From NCBI GenBank assembly GCA_036785375.1, contig JAWMAR010000120.1, forward strand, positions 5,146,001 to 5,210,000: a DNA stretch of 64,000 bases. Direction: 5' to 3'. This DNA is from Leucoraja ocellata. Taxonomy: Eukaryota. The translations under genes were made by a program, and so were the position numbers. The notes below the pieces were generated by a model, which was not told the DNA's origin, ran no database searches, and was given only the letters and a program-made list of their open reading frames with translations. Shown here in pieces: positions 34,601-46,544 of the stretch; the stretch's first letter is position 1; every line of letters starts with the position of its first letter.

Positions 34601-35659
34601 TTATTACATAGGTGGCATCAGATTCATAGTCATCAAATAGATTCATAAACAGTACATCACAGGAACACGCTCTTCGTGTACTTATCTGAAAGCCTCCTAA
34701 ATGCTACTATCATGAATGTTTCCACCAACACCCCTGATAGCATGTTATTGGCATCCACCAAACTCTGTGTAAAAAATCTTGCCTTGCACATCTCCCTTAA
34801 CATTTTATCCCCTCTGGTCTTAAACTCTAATGATATTTAACATTTCCAACTTTGGAAAAAAAGGTTCTAACTGCTTGCCCTATCTTTGGATACTGCTGCA
34901 AAGCTCCTGCTGCAAAGCACAGGTTGAAAAGCCCATGATGGACCATAGACAGACCCTTCAAGTCCAGTACCAAATGTTTGATCTTTTAACTAGCCACTGT
35001 AAATGTTGCCATTATGATTTGTAGATGAGTGGTAGAATCTGGGATAGTTGATGAGGAATTGAGGAGAATAAACTAGGTTTTGGGTAGGCCCAGTGTAAAT
35101 CTGAGTGCTGGGTGATTGGCATGGAATTGGTGGGCTAAAGGCCTGTTTCTGTTTTGTACTTCTCCATAACTCTGTGACTTTGAGACAGTATTAAAGTTTA
35201 TAGAAATGTTGAAATAATGGTCCAATTGAACAGTTTTCTTGTTAATAAGCAACACACTCTCCTGGGGACTGTGTGCTCACACTTTTCTTGGCATTTACTT
35301 CTAATCTGTCCTCAACCCATGGGTTATTCTCAGCCAATGTTTCACTCCATGGTCAGATGTCAGACTGATTGTATTTGTACATTGTTCTTATACTACCACT
35401 ACATTAAAATAACCTTACTTATTTCTGTATATAATCATTAAATGGCCTCTCTCATTCGTCAAAATGGCTGCAGTTAAAGGCTGTCTGATGCTATTCATTA
35501 AATAATTCCTAATACTGAGCTTCACCACTCACGGCAACAGCCACAAAATTATCCTCAAACCACTCAGAAAAAGCCGAGACATAGAGGATGGAACAACAAG
35601 AAGAAATGTGAATCAATTGGGGTAAGTATTGTTCTGCCCAAAGTTAAAAACCAAATGCA

Positions 35660-36920
35660 GAGTCTTGGAGTTATGCAGGATGAAAAACAGATACTTCGGC
35701 CCAACTTGTCCATGCTGAAAAGAATGCCTAACTATGTAAATCCTAGTTTCCTGCATTTGACCCACATCCCATTAATGTTTTCTGATACATGTAACTGTCC
35801 AAATGTTACCCCACCACCTCCTCTGCAGCTTGTTCCATATACTCAGATGCTCTCTGTGTGAAATACTTGCCCCTCAGGTTCCCTTTAAATCCTTCCCTTC
35901 TCACCTAGAATCCCCTATCCTTGAAAAAATACTGTGATTGTCGACACTTTCTGCTCTTCCTAATTTTATCTCCATAAGGTCGCCCCTCAGCCTTCTGAGC
36001 TCCAGTCAAGAAACCCCCAGCCTATCCAACCACTTCTTGGAACTAAATTCCTCAATTCCAGCCAACATTTAGTTGAATCTCTTCCACACTTTTCTAGCAT
36101 AACAACATCCTATCTTTCGTGTGTTGATGAGTATTGCATACTATGTTCCTAATCCTAACCAATATCATCTACAGTCACAACATGATGTACCAACGTATAC
36201 TGAATTACCTTGCCTATTCGGGCATGCAACATTAACTTATTCTTCAGTATCCTATCCAGCTGTGTTAATACTTACATGGAGCAATGAATTTCTACCCTAA
36301 GGTCCCTCTGTACATACACTTATCATGTCTCTGCCATTTTCTGCACATCTCTGAGCAGTTATTGTCAACCAAAAATGCATCCTTCATACTGCATGGATTA
36401 AATTCAATTTGCTATTGCTCCACCCAGCATTGATCTAAGTGTATCCTTAGGCAACCATCTTCACACCTTCATGTCCACTACTTACTTATCATCAAACCTT
36501 TGGAAGGCATTCTCCAAATCATATGTATATATAACACGCAACAAAGGTTCCAGCACTGAAACTTGCTGTTCACCATTGATTATAATCCCCTTGTCAGAAA
36601 AACAATGTTCCACATTACCCTCTGCCAAAACACATTGGATTCCATGTGCCCTGACTTTCTGGACCAGCCTACCATGTGGCACTTTACCAGAAGTTTTGCT
36701 TAAGTCCATATATACCACATCTACCACCTCACTTTCTTAAACTTTCTTAGTAACCTCCTCAATCAGAGGCTGTGGGGCGGGAGTTCCCATCAAAACTATA
36801 CTGTCTCCCTAATCAATCCTCTCTGAAAATGATCATAAATCCTCTCCCAAAAACGTTTTTCCAATAGTTTCCCTACTAATGATGCAAGGCTCACTGGCTT
36901 GTAGCTTCCTGACATATACC
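35660..36920 (-). mobile_element. Old CR1 remnant
   Basis: ORF VDVVYMDLSKTSGKVPHGRLVQKVRAHGIQ. Confidence 0.75.
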
Positions 36921-36987
36921 GACATGTTAGACATAAAATGCTGGACTAACTCAGTGGATCAGGCAGCTTTTCTGTGGAAAAAGAATA

Positions 36988-37590
36988 ACATAGGAACATA
37001 GAAACATAGAAAATAGGTGCAGGAGTAGGCTATTTGGCCCTTCGAGCCTGCACCGCCATTCAATATGATCATGGCTGATCATCCAACTCAGTATCCTGTA
37101 CCTGCCTTCTCTCCATACCCCCTGATCCCTTTTGCCACAAGGGCCACATCTAACTCCCTCTTAAATATAGCCAATGAACTGGCCCCAACTGCCTTCTGTG
37201 GCAGAGAGTTCCAGAGACTCACCACTCTCTGCGTGAAAAATGTTTTTCTCATCTCGGTCCTAAAGGATTTCCCCTTCATCCTTAAACTGTGACCCCCTTG
37301 TTCTGGACTTCCCCAACATCGGGAACAATCTCCATGCATCTACCCTGTCCAACCCCCTAAGAATTTTGTAAGTTACTATAAGATCCCCCCTCAATCTTCT
37401 AAATTCTAGCGAGTACAAGCTGAGTCTATCCAACCTTTCTTCATACGAAAGTCCTGACATCCCAGGAATCAGTCTGGTGAATCTTCTCTGTACTCCCTCT
37501 ATGGCAATAATGTCTTTCCTCAGATTTGGAGACCAAAACTGTCCACAATACTCCAGGTGTGGTCTCACCAATACCTTGCACAACTGTACA
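36988..37590 (-). mobile_element. CR1 3' portion inserted in a Penelope-derived repeat (halves at 36925-36987 and 37591-37740)
   Basis: LVRPHLEYCGQFWSPNLRKD; (ACATAGAA)n tail; the flanks rejoin into the hammerhead-repeat consensus. Confidence 0.88.
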
Positions 37591-39684
37591 ACAAATGACG
37601 TTTCAGGTCAGAACCCTTCTTCAAACCCGAGACATCACCTATTATTTTACTCCAGAGATGCTGCTTCACTCACTGAGTTACTCCAGCATTTTGCGCCTAT
37701 CTTTGGTATACACCAGCATCTGCATTTCCTTCCTACACATTATCCCTCCATGTTTCTTGAATATAGGGGACAAGATTAGCAACCTTCCAGTTTCCCGATA
37801 CCTCACCAATGGCTAAAGGTGATGTAAAAAGCACTCCTTTTAGATCCATTATGTTACTAAACAGTTCTCGGAACCAATCAACTTCAGAGCCATTTTGGGA
37901 TTTTTATTTTAGTCTGTAACCAATCCCACAGGTGATCAACTATTGAGTGTATTGGCTTGTGTACATGTGGGTTTCCAACCAATGTTCATATTAAGCTTAA
38001 TTAGTGCAAATCAATTTTTGCCCAATTGCCAATTTGCAGAATTTAACACAATTGAATTCTAGCAGTGCTGTACTCAGTTACAACATTTCCTCCTCTGTAA
38101 AATGACTAACAATGAGAATCCTGGTCTTTCACTGCACGGACTGTTAAATAATAAAAAGGTAGTAGCCATGCTGTACCCTGGTTTAGGAACTACTATTTTA
38201 TGAAAAACACTCGATGTTACACATTGTCCTCTGCAGCGATGAGAGTGGAGGACACTGCAATCTTGAACGTAATTGAACATAGCGTTTTGACATTCACAGA
38301 ATTAGCCTTGTTAAGTGAAATCCTGAAGATAAATGATTTACCCCTATGCAATTTGTGTTGAAAAATGATCACTTTGGCAGCAGGGTTAATGAAGATGTTG
38401 GCGAGCAGGATAAGTCCTTTTGCAGAGTGAATTACTTTGTCTTAAGCAGAGCTTCGGAAATACATTAATCAGCAGATTTGGTACGACGAATGGTGGTAAA
38501 AGAAAGATGAGGGAGGGAGAAAACTTGGGATGAGGTAAGTATTAGTCCATTAATTATCAAATGCAGAAGCAGTTTATTGCTATCATCGTGAAGGGATCAT
38601 TATATATCACTGCTTGGAACAGATGTCCAGGTCTGATTTTTCTAATAAGCATGCTGAAAATGTATCTGTGATCCTAAAATTGTGCATGCATCGCACACTA
38701 GAGTGCAGTAAAACAAATTAGAATGCCAACAAGTCTCTGACTTTATAATCAGCTGAGTGGTATTAGCTGCTGATCAACCCTATTAATATTGACCCATGTG
38801 CTGATCATGTGTGTAAATGATGTATGTGTAAATGATTTTTGCAAGAGTGCCAGATAACAGATTAACATAGTCGGAAACAAATATTCAGAGGTGCATTTTG
38901 CATTTATTAACATGTCGCTGTTGAATGAAGTAAATTGTTAAGTTGGTATCTGTAATTAAAAGGAAATGCAACAGAACACAAGAAAAGAAATACAGTGTGT
39001 TAGCTAAACCAGACTACTCTCAGGTCACATGGGATTACAGGATAAACGGTGCAGACATGAGTTATTCAGCACAACTTGTCCATGCTAGAGTTATGCTCCA
39101 TTTAGCCTGCGTTACCTCATTACATTTATTAGCATAACCCTCTTTCCTCTCTCCTTCATTTGCTTGTCCAGCCTCCTTTAACATGTATCTATATTTTTTC
39201 TTTCAATTGCTCCCTCCAGTAACATTCCACTTTCTCACTGCTCTTTGCAGAGTCGATTTGTACTCATTTTGATAAGGCCCTCTGGGTCAGGATTACTCAG
39301 TGTTTCCTAATTCCGGATCAACCAGTCAGAAGTTGGGAACCACTATCATAACTCCATGAATCACAATTTAGCCAGATGGCCATTGGAATTTAACTCAGAG
39401 TTGTACCCAGATTTTTAACCTTTTATTTAGCGATTGTTAACTTTCTCTACTACAGTTTTGGTAAATGCCAGCTGTAGAAAGAGATAATTTGCCTTAACAA
39501 CCTCATTAGGCTAATACCAGAATTGTTTGGTGTAGGTCTATATGTTATGAATGTCAAAAGTTGGAATAGCTTCATAAGTTCATGTCATAAGAGCAGAATT
39601 AGGCCGCTTGGCCCATCAAGTCCACTCCGCCATTTAATCATGCCTGTTCTGTTTTTCCCTATTGTTCTGCCTTCTTCCATAACC

Positions 39685-40322
39685 TGGTGGGGGCCAGGGG
39701 CAGTGGAGGAGCGGTGTCTGCGCAATGAAGAGGAAGGTAAACGGCTGCCACAGAACACGGTAAGTCCTTTAGATAGCGCGGGAGAGAGGGAGGGAGAGAA
39801 GGGGAAAGAAGGGGAGAGAAGGACAGAGAAGGGGAGAGAGAAGGGGAATGGAAGGGCAGAGAAGGGGAGAGAGAAGGGGGGAGAAGGGGGGAGAAGGGGG
39901 GGGGGGGGGGTGGGAGAAGGAGTGGAGGCAGTTTTAAGAAGTTTAATAAAGTTAGCGGGCATTTTACCTTCCGGCGGATCTTCTAGGTCCTGAAAACCAA
40001 AGATCCTACAGGATCTTTACTGAAAACTCCAATGAGCCAATCAAATTGGCCAGTCAGCGAAGGAGATTGCCTTCGACGGCCTGTAAGTAAATAGCAACCC
40101 CACTCCACTGGCTTCGATCAAACGGCAACCTATTTTTAGTCAAGGCCGTTTTTTGTTGTTTTTTAGTAATCGCAGGAACATAGAAGAAGCCTCGACTACG
40201 CGGAAACCACTTTTCACCATTAGGGAGAGAGACCAAAACCTCCGGAAACCTCACAGAAACCTTGGGTGGGGCGCAAGGTCTCCAGAGGTTTCCGTTCAGG
40301 TTTCCTAAGTGGGACAGGGGCA
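39685..40322. mobile_element. Harbinger-like MITE with one TIR, related to 1747-2361
   Basis: Right TIR aagtgggacaggggca followed by TAA; shares aagtttaataaagttagcgggca with ~2120-2150 in inverse orientation. Confidence 0.7.
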
Positions 40323-40371
40323 TAAAGGCACATCCTAATAGGTGGGAAAGAGCAGCGACCAGTAGATCAGT

Positions 40372-40510
40372 GGGGTGGGAGATTGCAACCTTCACGTGGA
40401 CTGCCCTGTTTTGACGAATGCAATCAACCTGGCATGCACAATCAAGTAAGATCAAAGAGAACAAGTTGTCCTACAACTTTAGGCCGTGCACATCATACGC
40501 AAGAAGAAGA
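40372..40510 (+). mobile_element. Short retroposon with (AAG)n tail and 11-bp TSD
   Basis: agtagatcagt at 40361-40371 and 40511-40521; insert ends gcaagaagaaga. Confidence 0.75.
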
Positions 40511-40608
40511 AGTAGATCAGTCAAATGTAGACTTTTGATTAAATTATTTTGTGAACCGATTTAACTATCAAGTTTGAAAGAGACATGTGGCTTTATGGGC
40601 ATTCATAA

Positions 40609-41651
40609 TAGGTATGTTGCAAAGCCTACCTGAAGTGTCGCTGAAAATCTGTCCCAGCCCGTGTGCGCGATTTTGGCGCCGTTTAGAGGGGGGCGGGTTT
40701 AAAACACGATATCCCCTCGGCTGTTCAAATCGAGGATGTTCAGCCTAGTTAATTATTAACGAAAAATCGCTGGAAGATTCCGTCGCTTTAGCTATTATTA
40801 CTTTTAAGGGCTTTACCTAGTTGTTATAGTAGTTTAAAAATTAACCTCTAAACCCCCAACCGCCGGCAACCGGCTGGATCTCATACAGGGGACAACAGAA
40901 GGTAGGCTGTTTATTTTTACATTAAAAAGGGCTTCTTAAGATCCCTTTATACAAAGTTTAAAGATGCGAGTAGCTAATTTTGGCCCCATTATATCCCGCA
41001 GTATTTTTCTGGGCATTTGAGGGCACAAATCCACCGCAATGTGAACGTTCTAAACCAGCGCGTTCACAGGATCCCACTAGAAAGCTGATTTAAATGGACT
41101 TTAATTTACAGCAATTGAACACTAAATTCCTTCCATTTGGCCTATAAATTAATGTCAATGAGATTTAAAAGTCATGTTTTATTGTGAATTATTTGTGAAT
41201 ATTATTTGGACACTTAGGCTATTTAAAATTGTTAATCATTTATTAAGAAATGGATAGATGTTTAGATCTAGTAATTGAAGCTTGAAATTAACTACAATTG
41301 GGTAACTAACTAATTATATGCTTTAATTTCAGGTAATACAAGTAAGATTGTTTTGTATTTGTTTCAGAATGCTTCAATCTATGATAACTGAAAATTTCAT
41401 TCAGTTCTCTTAATTTTTAAGAAAGTTATGGGCTTTTGACTGTCCATGATCACATCTTTTATTGTTATGTCCATAGAAAATCAATAGGGAACAAGATGCT
41501 AATTTCCGAGTATGAAAATGGCCATAACTTTTTTAAATACTTGAGATATGAAAGTGAATTAGGTGTCAAATTAAACTTCTTTTTATGCTTTATCTGATGG
41601 GATAAATTGCAGACTTGATTTTTTTAATCTCAAAATTTTGTAACATTGCTA
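40609..41651 (-). mobile_element. Second copy (1043 bp) of the TAG...CTA DNA element, opposite orientation
   Basis: TAGGTATGTTGCAAA...TTTTGTAACATTGCTA; TSD ttcataa at 40602-40608 and 41652-41658. Confidence 0.9.
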
Positions 41652-42296
41652 TTCATAACAAATGTAACATCATTATATTTTGTATTTTGAACATCTAATT
41701 AACAAGTTGCTCCAACAAAATGGCCAGCATACTTACAAAGTAGGCTTTGTGAATACACATTGACTCCCATGGTGTCCACAAAAGGCCCATAAAACGGGTC
41801 TAGTTTGTGATCAATTTTTCTCCCTTAAGAGTAAATGCCACTGAAATAACTACAGTCAGGTTCTTAATTATATTTATAAAGATGGTAAACATCAGTGGTC
41901 AAAGAAAAAGAAGGAAGATAATTTGAAGCATAGTGTGGATTTAGATTAAACATTTATGTGGCTTCCTGGAGATAAGCATTAATGTTTATGAGTTATTCAT
42001 TGCAGATTGTCTCCTTTTCACTGGTTCCTGTAATCTGCTTAGTCCGTAAACCCCAATAGAAGAATTGTCATGTCATAAGTGCGATTTTGTTAGATGTTAG
42101 TGATGAACAGCTTCAAGGAGAATTAAATGCTGTAATAGTGTTGATGAGCAGTAACCATATATGAGCAATACTTTATACATTCTTTCCCCAAATATAAGTA
42201 AGGTATTGATAAGATCCAAGACTGGAAATTCTACTCCAACCAAAAATGTGTGCTAAAATTGAAATCTACAAGGAACCCTATTCAGGTTGACCCAAG

Positions 42297-42598
42297 ATAG
42301 ACACAAAGTGCTGGAGGAACTCAGTAGGTCAGGCAGCATCTTTCGAGAAATAGGATGGGTGACATCTTGGCTTGGGTCCCTTCTTCAGACTGAAGAATTA
42401 TTATTTAAGTCTGAAGAAGGGTCCAGACCCGAAATGTCATTCATCCTTTTTCTCCAGAGATGCTGCCTGACTCGCTGAATTACTCCAGAACTTTGAGTCT
42501 ATAATTGGTCAATACAATACGGTTTTATTCGTCACATTGCACATAAAGTGCAAGTGAAATGAAGTATAAACCAGCGTCTGGAATTTCCTTGTTTCTAC
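42297..42598. mobile_element. Palindromic Penelope-derived repeat
   Basis: Inverted arms around ~42400. Confidence 0.8.
42408..42441 (+). ncRNA. Minimal type I hammerhead ribozyme motif
   Basis: agt-CTGAAGA-a-gggtc.ca.gaccc-GAAA-tGTC-att: core intact, stem II paired, stem I agt/att. Confidence 0.65.
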
Positions 42599-42995
42599 AA
42601 CATGTTGACCCAATGTAGATCACTCCTGTAATCTTTGCATGGACTTCATTAACTTGACTATGCAGTGTTCTACCGAATGTTATCACACATTCGCATGATA
42701 TTATTTCAGGTCTCTGGATTAATTCCTGCAGTGGTAATTGCTTTCAATGGCCAGGGGAAATGATCGGGCATCTTTTGAAAGTTTTGCAGAACTCTTGTAG
42801 AATGGACACAGAAACACAAAATCCTGAATGAGGGGAAACGGATTCAGGCAATGGTTTCTGATTCCCAAATGCTTTCTAATGGTCAAACTATGCAACTGAA
42901 GTATTCGAAGGGAAATGGACTGTCTGAGAGTGAGTTCCTGCCGATGATGATCATTATTTTCTGACAGGGATTGCATACGTTTCAAGGGAGTGTTA

Positions 42996-43640
42996 TGGGC
43001 CTGTCCTACTTTGGCGACTTTTTAGGCATTTGTTGGAGACTCAGTGCTCGCCACATGGTCGTCACATATTCGTTGGTGGTCTCTGGTGAGTCTCCTTCAT
43101 GGTCGCGAGGAGTGAGGGAACTAGTTGCGGCCTCAGTATGGTGCCGCAATTTTTTCAACATGTTGAAAAAGTTTCTGCAACCAAATATTGGTCGCCATGG
43201 AGATAATCGATAATCCTGTAGTTGTAGGTGCAGTTGTAGTGGGGTCACCATGTAGTTGTAGGTAGACATGGTAGTTGTAGGTAGTTTTAGTTAATCCCCT
43301 TAGCTGACTGAGAATCATTTTCATTGACTCATTGGGGGAAAAAAATGTAAGCAGTGGTTTTCAGAACCAAGGATAACCGACCGGTAATGTTAAATGTCCA
43401 CCAAACTTCACAGCTGTGTTTCTCTGGCTTATTAAAAGTTGTCTGACTTCTTAAAAGTTGTCTTCACTCCTTCTCCCCCGTTATTCTCTCCCCCCTCTTT
43501 TAAAGGACTTACCGCACACTGTGCTAGCCATCTTAATTACAGCGCCAACCATCCTGTTCATCGTGGTGTGTGTCTGTATCACTGGCTTTGCACCGTGTGA
43601 ATTTCAGACAGCGCTCCCCCCCGCTCCCCCCCCCTCTACC
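42996..43640. mobile_element. Harbinger-like MITE, left TIR only
   Basis: TTA|TGGGCCTGTCCTACTTTGGCGAC, similar to the TIR at 1747. Confidence 0.65.
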
Positions 43641-44051
43641 TGAGTAGAGATTCCCAGTAAAATATTGAAAGCAGCTATGAGTTGCATTCAGCTGCTATGC
43701 AATGCGCCAGAGATCAGGTTCCAAATTACTTTGACCCTCACTGGCCTGGACAGAACCGTCCTGGAATATGTCCTTGGCTGGAGCTGTGTCTGCAACAAGG
43801 AGCTGATGCGTGTTGCAATTACCATTGAAAATTATTACTATTGTTATTATTAGGACTGCTAAACTGGAATGAATCTTGGAGGAACAGATTCTCCTGACCT
43901 GAGCTCTCCTACTTTGGGTTTGTATGACAAGAAATGCCTGCCTCTTGCAGCAGGACCTGGACCGATTGACCAGGTGGACAGAGGAATGGTTGATGGAATT
44001 TAATGCAGGAAAGTGTGAGGTGTTGCATATTGATCACCTTATCTACCTACG

Positions 44052-45037
44052 CTTCTATGTGGATCATCACCTTGTTGTGGTGGAGTAGCTTGTGTGGACC
44101 TGAGATCCTGAGAGCGATGCCGTCTGGAGCTATGCTCCTGGTAGGGTCACCCATGGCGGTAGGTTCGAGGGGGAGGTCTCTGACAAAGAGCAATCCAACC
44201 AAGACCTCAACGGTGGAACAGATGGAGGACGATGGCTGACCTTAGTGGAGGTCACAACGGCTGGGAAGGTGGATGAAGGCTGCAGCAGAAAAGGGTCTCC
44301 AGTCATCTTGGATTCCATGCTACCGGAACCTGACCCAGATCTGTCAAGGACCCTGGGGTGGCTGCCTGTGCATCAATCTCCCCACGTTAAACAAAATCAC
44401 GCACAGGTGTCCTCCATATAGCACCCTGGAGGGGTGAAGGAAAACACCAAATGCAAAGTTTCAGTGCCTTGTGGCTATTACCTTATTCAGGAAAGGTGAA
44501 GACTGGATCCGGCGGAATACACGGAGGAGACCACCATTTGGCAGTCCAACGGGTAGGAAGGTAACCCAGCAAAGCGTTGTGGAGCGCAATTAGGGCACAA
44601 TGTTCACACAAAACACTGGTGGCCATCCACTGTCTGCATCCTGACCTATCGCCAGCTGTCTTGACTATGTCTTGCCACTGGATCCAGATAGGCCAGGACG
44701 AGAGAGTAAGGCTGACGATTTACGCAACTCTCCCTCACTTTAATCCAAGTCAAGTAAAGCGCAAGTCATGTCTTCAGGACCTGTACTGCCCAAGTGGGTG
44801 AAGCAAGACCACAGGAATGCGTGCAGCTGAGAAGAAGTACACCGCAGAAGCCCAGAGGAAACGCGCCGCTCGCAAGGCTCGAGCCACTTCCAATTCTACA
44901 GCTGCACCCACCCAACTGTGTCCCATATGCGGCGAGCCTTCCGGGTCCGGATCGGTCTCACCAGTCACCTCTGGACCCACAAATAAAAACACTGAAGTCA
45001 TGGTCTTCTTCGATAACGAAGGACGAACAACAACAAC
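44052..45037 (+). mobile_element. Bipartite non-autonomous RTE derivative
   Basis: RTE-type 5' UTR (atcaccttgttgtggtggag...cctggtagggtcacccatggc) joined to the ORF end (AEAQRKRAARKARA..CPICG / FRVRIGLTSHL), a 3' hairpin and (CAA)n. TSD atctacctRcg at 44041-44051 and 45038-45048. Confidence 0.8.
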
Positions 45038-45335
45038 ATCTACCTGCGACTCGACCTTCAAGGAACCATGTACCTGTAGTCCTAGATCCCTCTGCTTTAC
45101 AACATTACCCAAAGGCCTACCATTTATTGTGTAGGCCCTGACCTTGTCCGTTGTCCCATAATGCAACACCTCACACTTTTCTGCATTAAGTTCCATCAAC
45201 CATTTCTTAGCCCACCTGGCCAATCGATCCAGATCCAGCTGCAATCGTTCACAACCACCTGCACTATCTGCAAAACCACTAACTTTTGTATCATCAGCAA
45301 ACTTGCTAATCTTGTCCTGTATGATCTCATTCAAA
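45038..45335 (-). mobile_element. CR1 RT fragment, target of the RTE derivative
   Basis: ISKFADDTKV, LQLDLDRLARWAKKWLMELNAEKCEVLH. Confidence 0.9.
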
Positions 45336-45559
45336 TCATTCCACCAAACCTGCAAATACCTTGACAATCCCTTTAAGCCGGAGTGGTTGCTAGGGTATGT
45401 GGAAGGGGGGGGGGGGGGGGTGGGGGAGGCCATGGGGGAGGGTGTCTCCTGCTGTTCAGAATTGCTGTACAGTGCATGCTTGACACGTGCACAGGCCAAT
45501 TTTCCAGGATAACTCTGCAAGTGTTTACATTACCATCTGCCAACTCGACAATGCATTCA

Positions 45560-45780
45560 GTAGAAATAAGGAACCGCAGATGCTGGTTTACCAAGGATAG
45601 ACACAAAATGCTGGAGTACCTCAGCAGGTCAAGCAGCATCGCTGAAGGACATGGATAGGTGATGTTTCAGGTCAGAACCCATCTTCAGACCCAGAAACTT
45701 CCTGACCTGAAACGTCAGCTTTCCATGAACTCCAGGGATGCTGCCTGACCCGTCGAGTTATTCGAGCATTTTGTGTTTAC
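45560..45780. mobile_element. Palindromic Penelope-derived repeat
   Basis: ggaaccgcagatgctgg...acacaaaatgctggag / ttcgagcattttgtgt inverted arms. Confidence 0.8.
45657..45692 (-). ncRNA. Minimal type I hammerhead ribozyme motif
   Basis: Reverse strand GGGT-CTGAAGA-t-gggtt.ct.gacct-GAAA-cATC-ACCT; stems I and II pair with wobbles. Confidence 0.65.
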
Positions 45781-45941
45781 AATGCATTTAGTTCACTATA
45801 ATAAATGGTGACACATGAATGTTCTATCACAATTGTACCAAAAAAAGGATATCTTGGAAATGTTTCTCCAGCCAGTCTGCATTTGAAATAATAAGTGGTT
45901 AATATCTAAATGATTTAAGCTTGCACACATATATCTAAACA

Positions 45942-46035
45942 TGTCTGAAGAAGGGTTTTGGCCCGACGTTGCCTATTTCCTTCGCTCCATAGATGCTGCT
46001 GCACCCGCTGAGTTTCTCCAGCATTTTTGTCTACT
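45942..46035 (+). mobile_element. Penelope pLTR fragment; hammerhead GAAA damaged
   Basis: gtctgaagaagggttttggcccgacgttgcc...gagtttctccagcattttt. Confidence 0.75.
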
Positions 46036-46544
46036 ATCTAAACATTAATCTACCCTACATTGTTATAGAACAATAATTTCAGCATTATTGACAATTTACA
46101 GTATTTGGGTATTTTTTTATAAATTAACTTAACTAAAAGAATAAATAGCAGCAATCCCGCATTTAAGAAACAAATGGCCTGTAAATTTGAAGCAAGCTGC
46201 TTGTGGTATCCGATTTGTGTACATGGGTGAGGAGATGCAAAGGTGTGTCTGGGGTGAATGAGAAGCAGGAGCTGGTGTATCTGATCTGCAGCATGGCCAT
46301 TGAGCCCAGCAGTGGAGCGTTGATGATCTGAACAATGACCAATGGTCTGAGGTACATCTGGCTTTCAACTTTATGTCAAAGAGGAGAGGAGAGCAAAGAG
46401 TGTCATCAATCCTATGGGTAAATATAATTGCAGGTAAGCACATTACGCAAATGAAAACTAAAAAAAAGTTGAAATCTAAATTAATAAATGATTTTTTTTA
46501 AATAATTAAAAAATAAGAAAATATAATTAATTGTATTATTTTTT

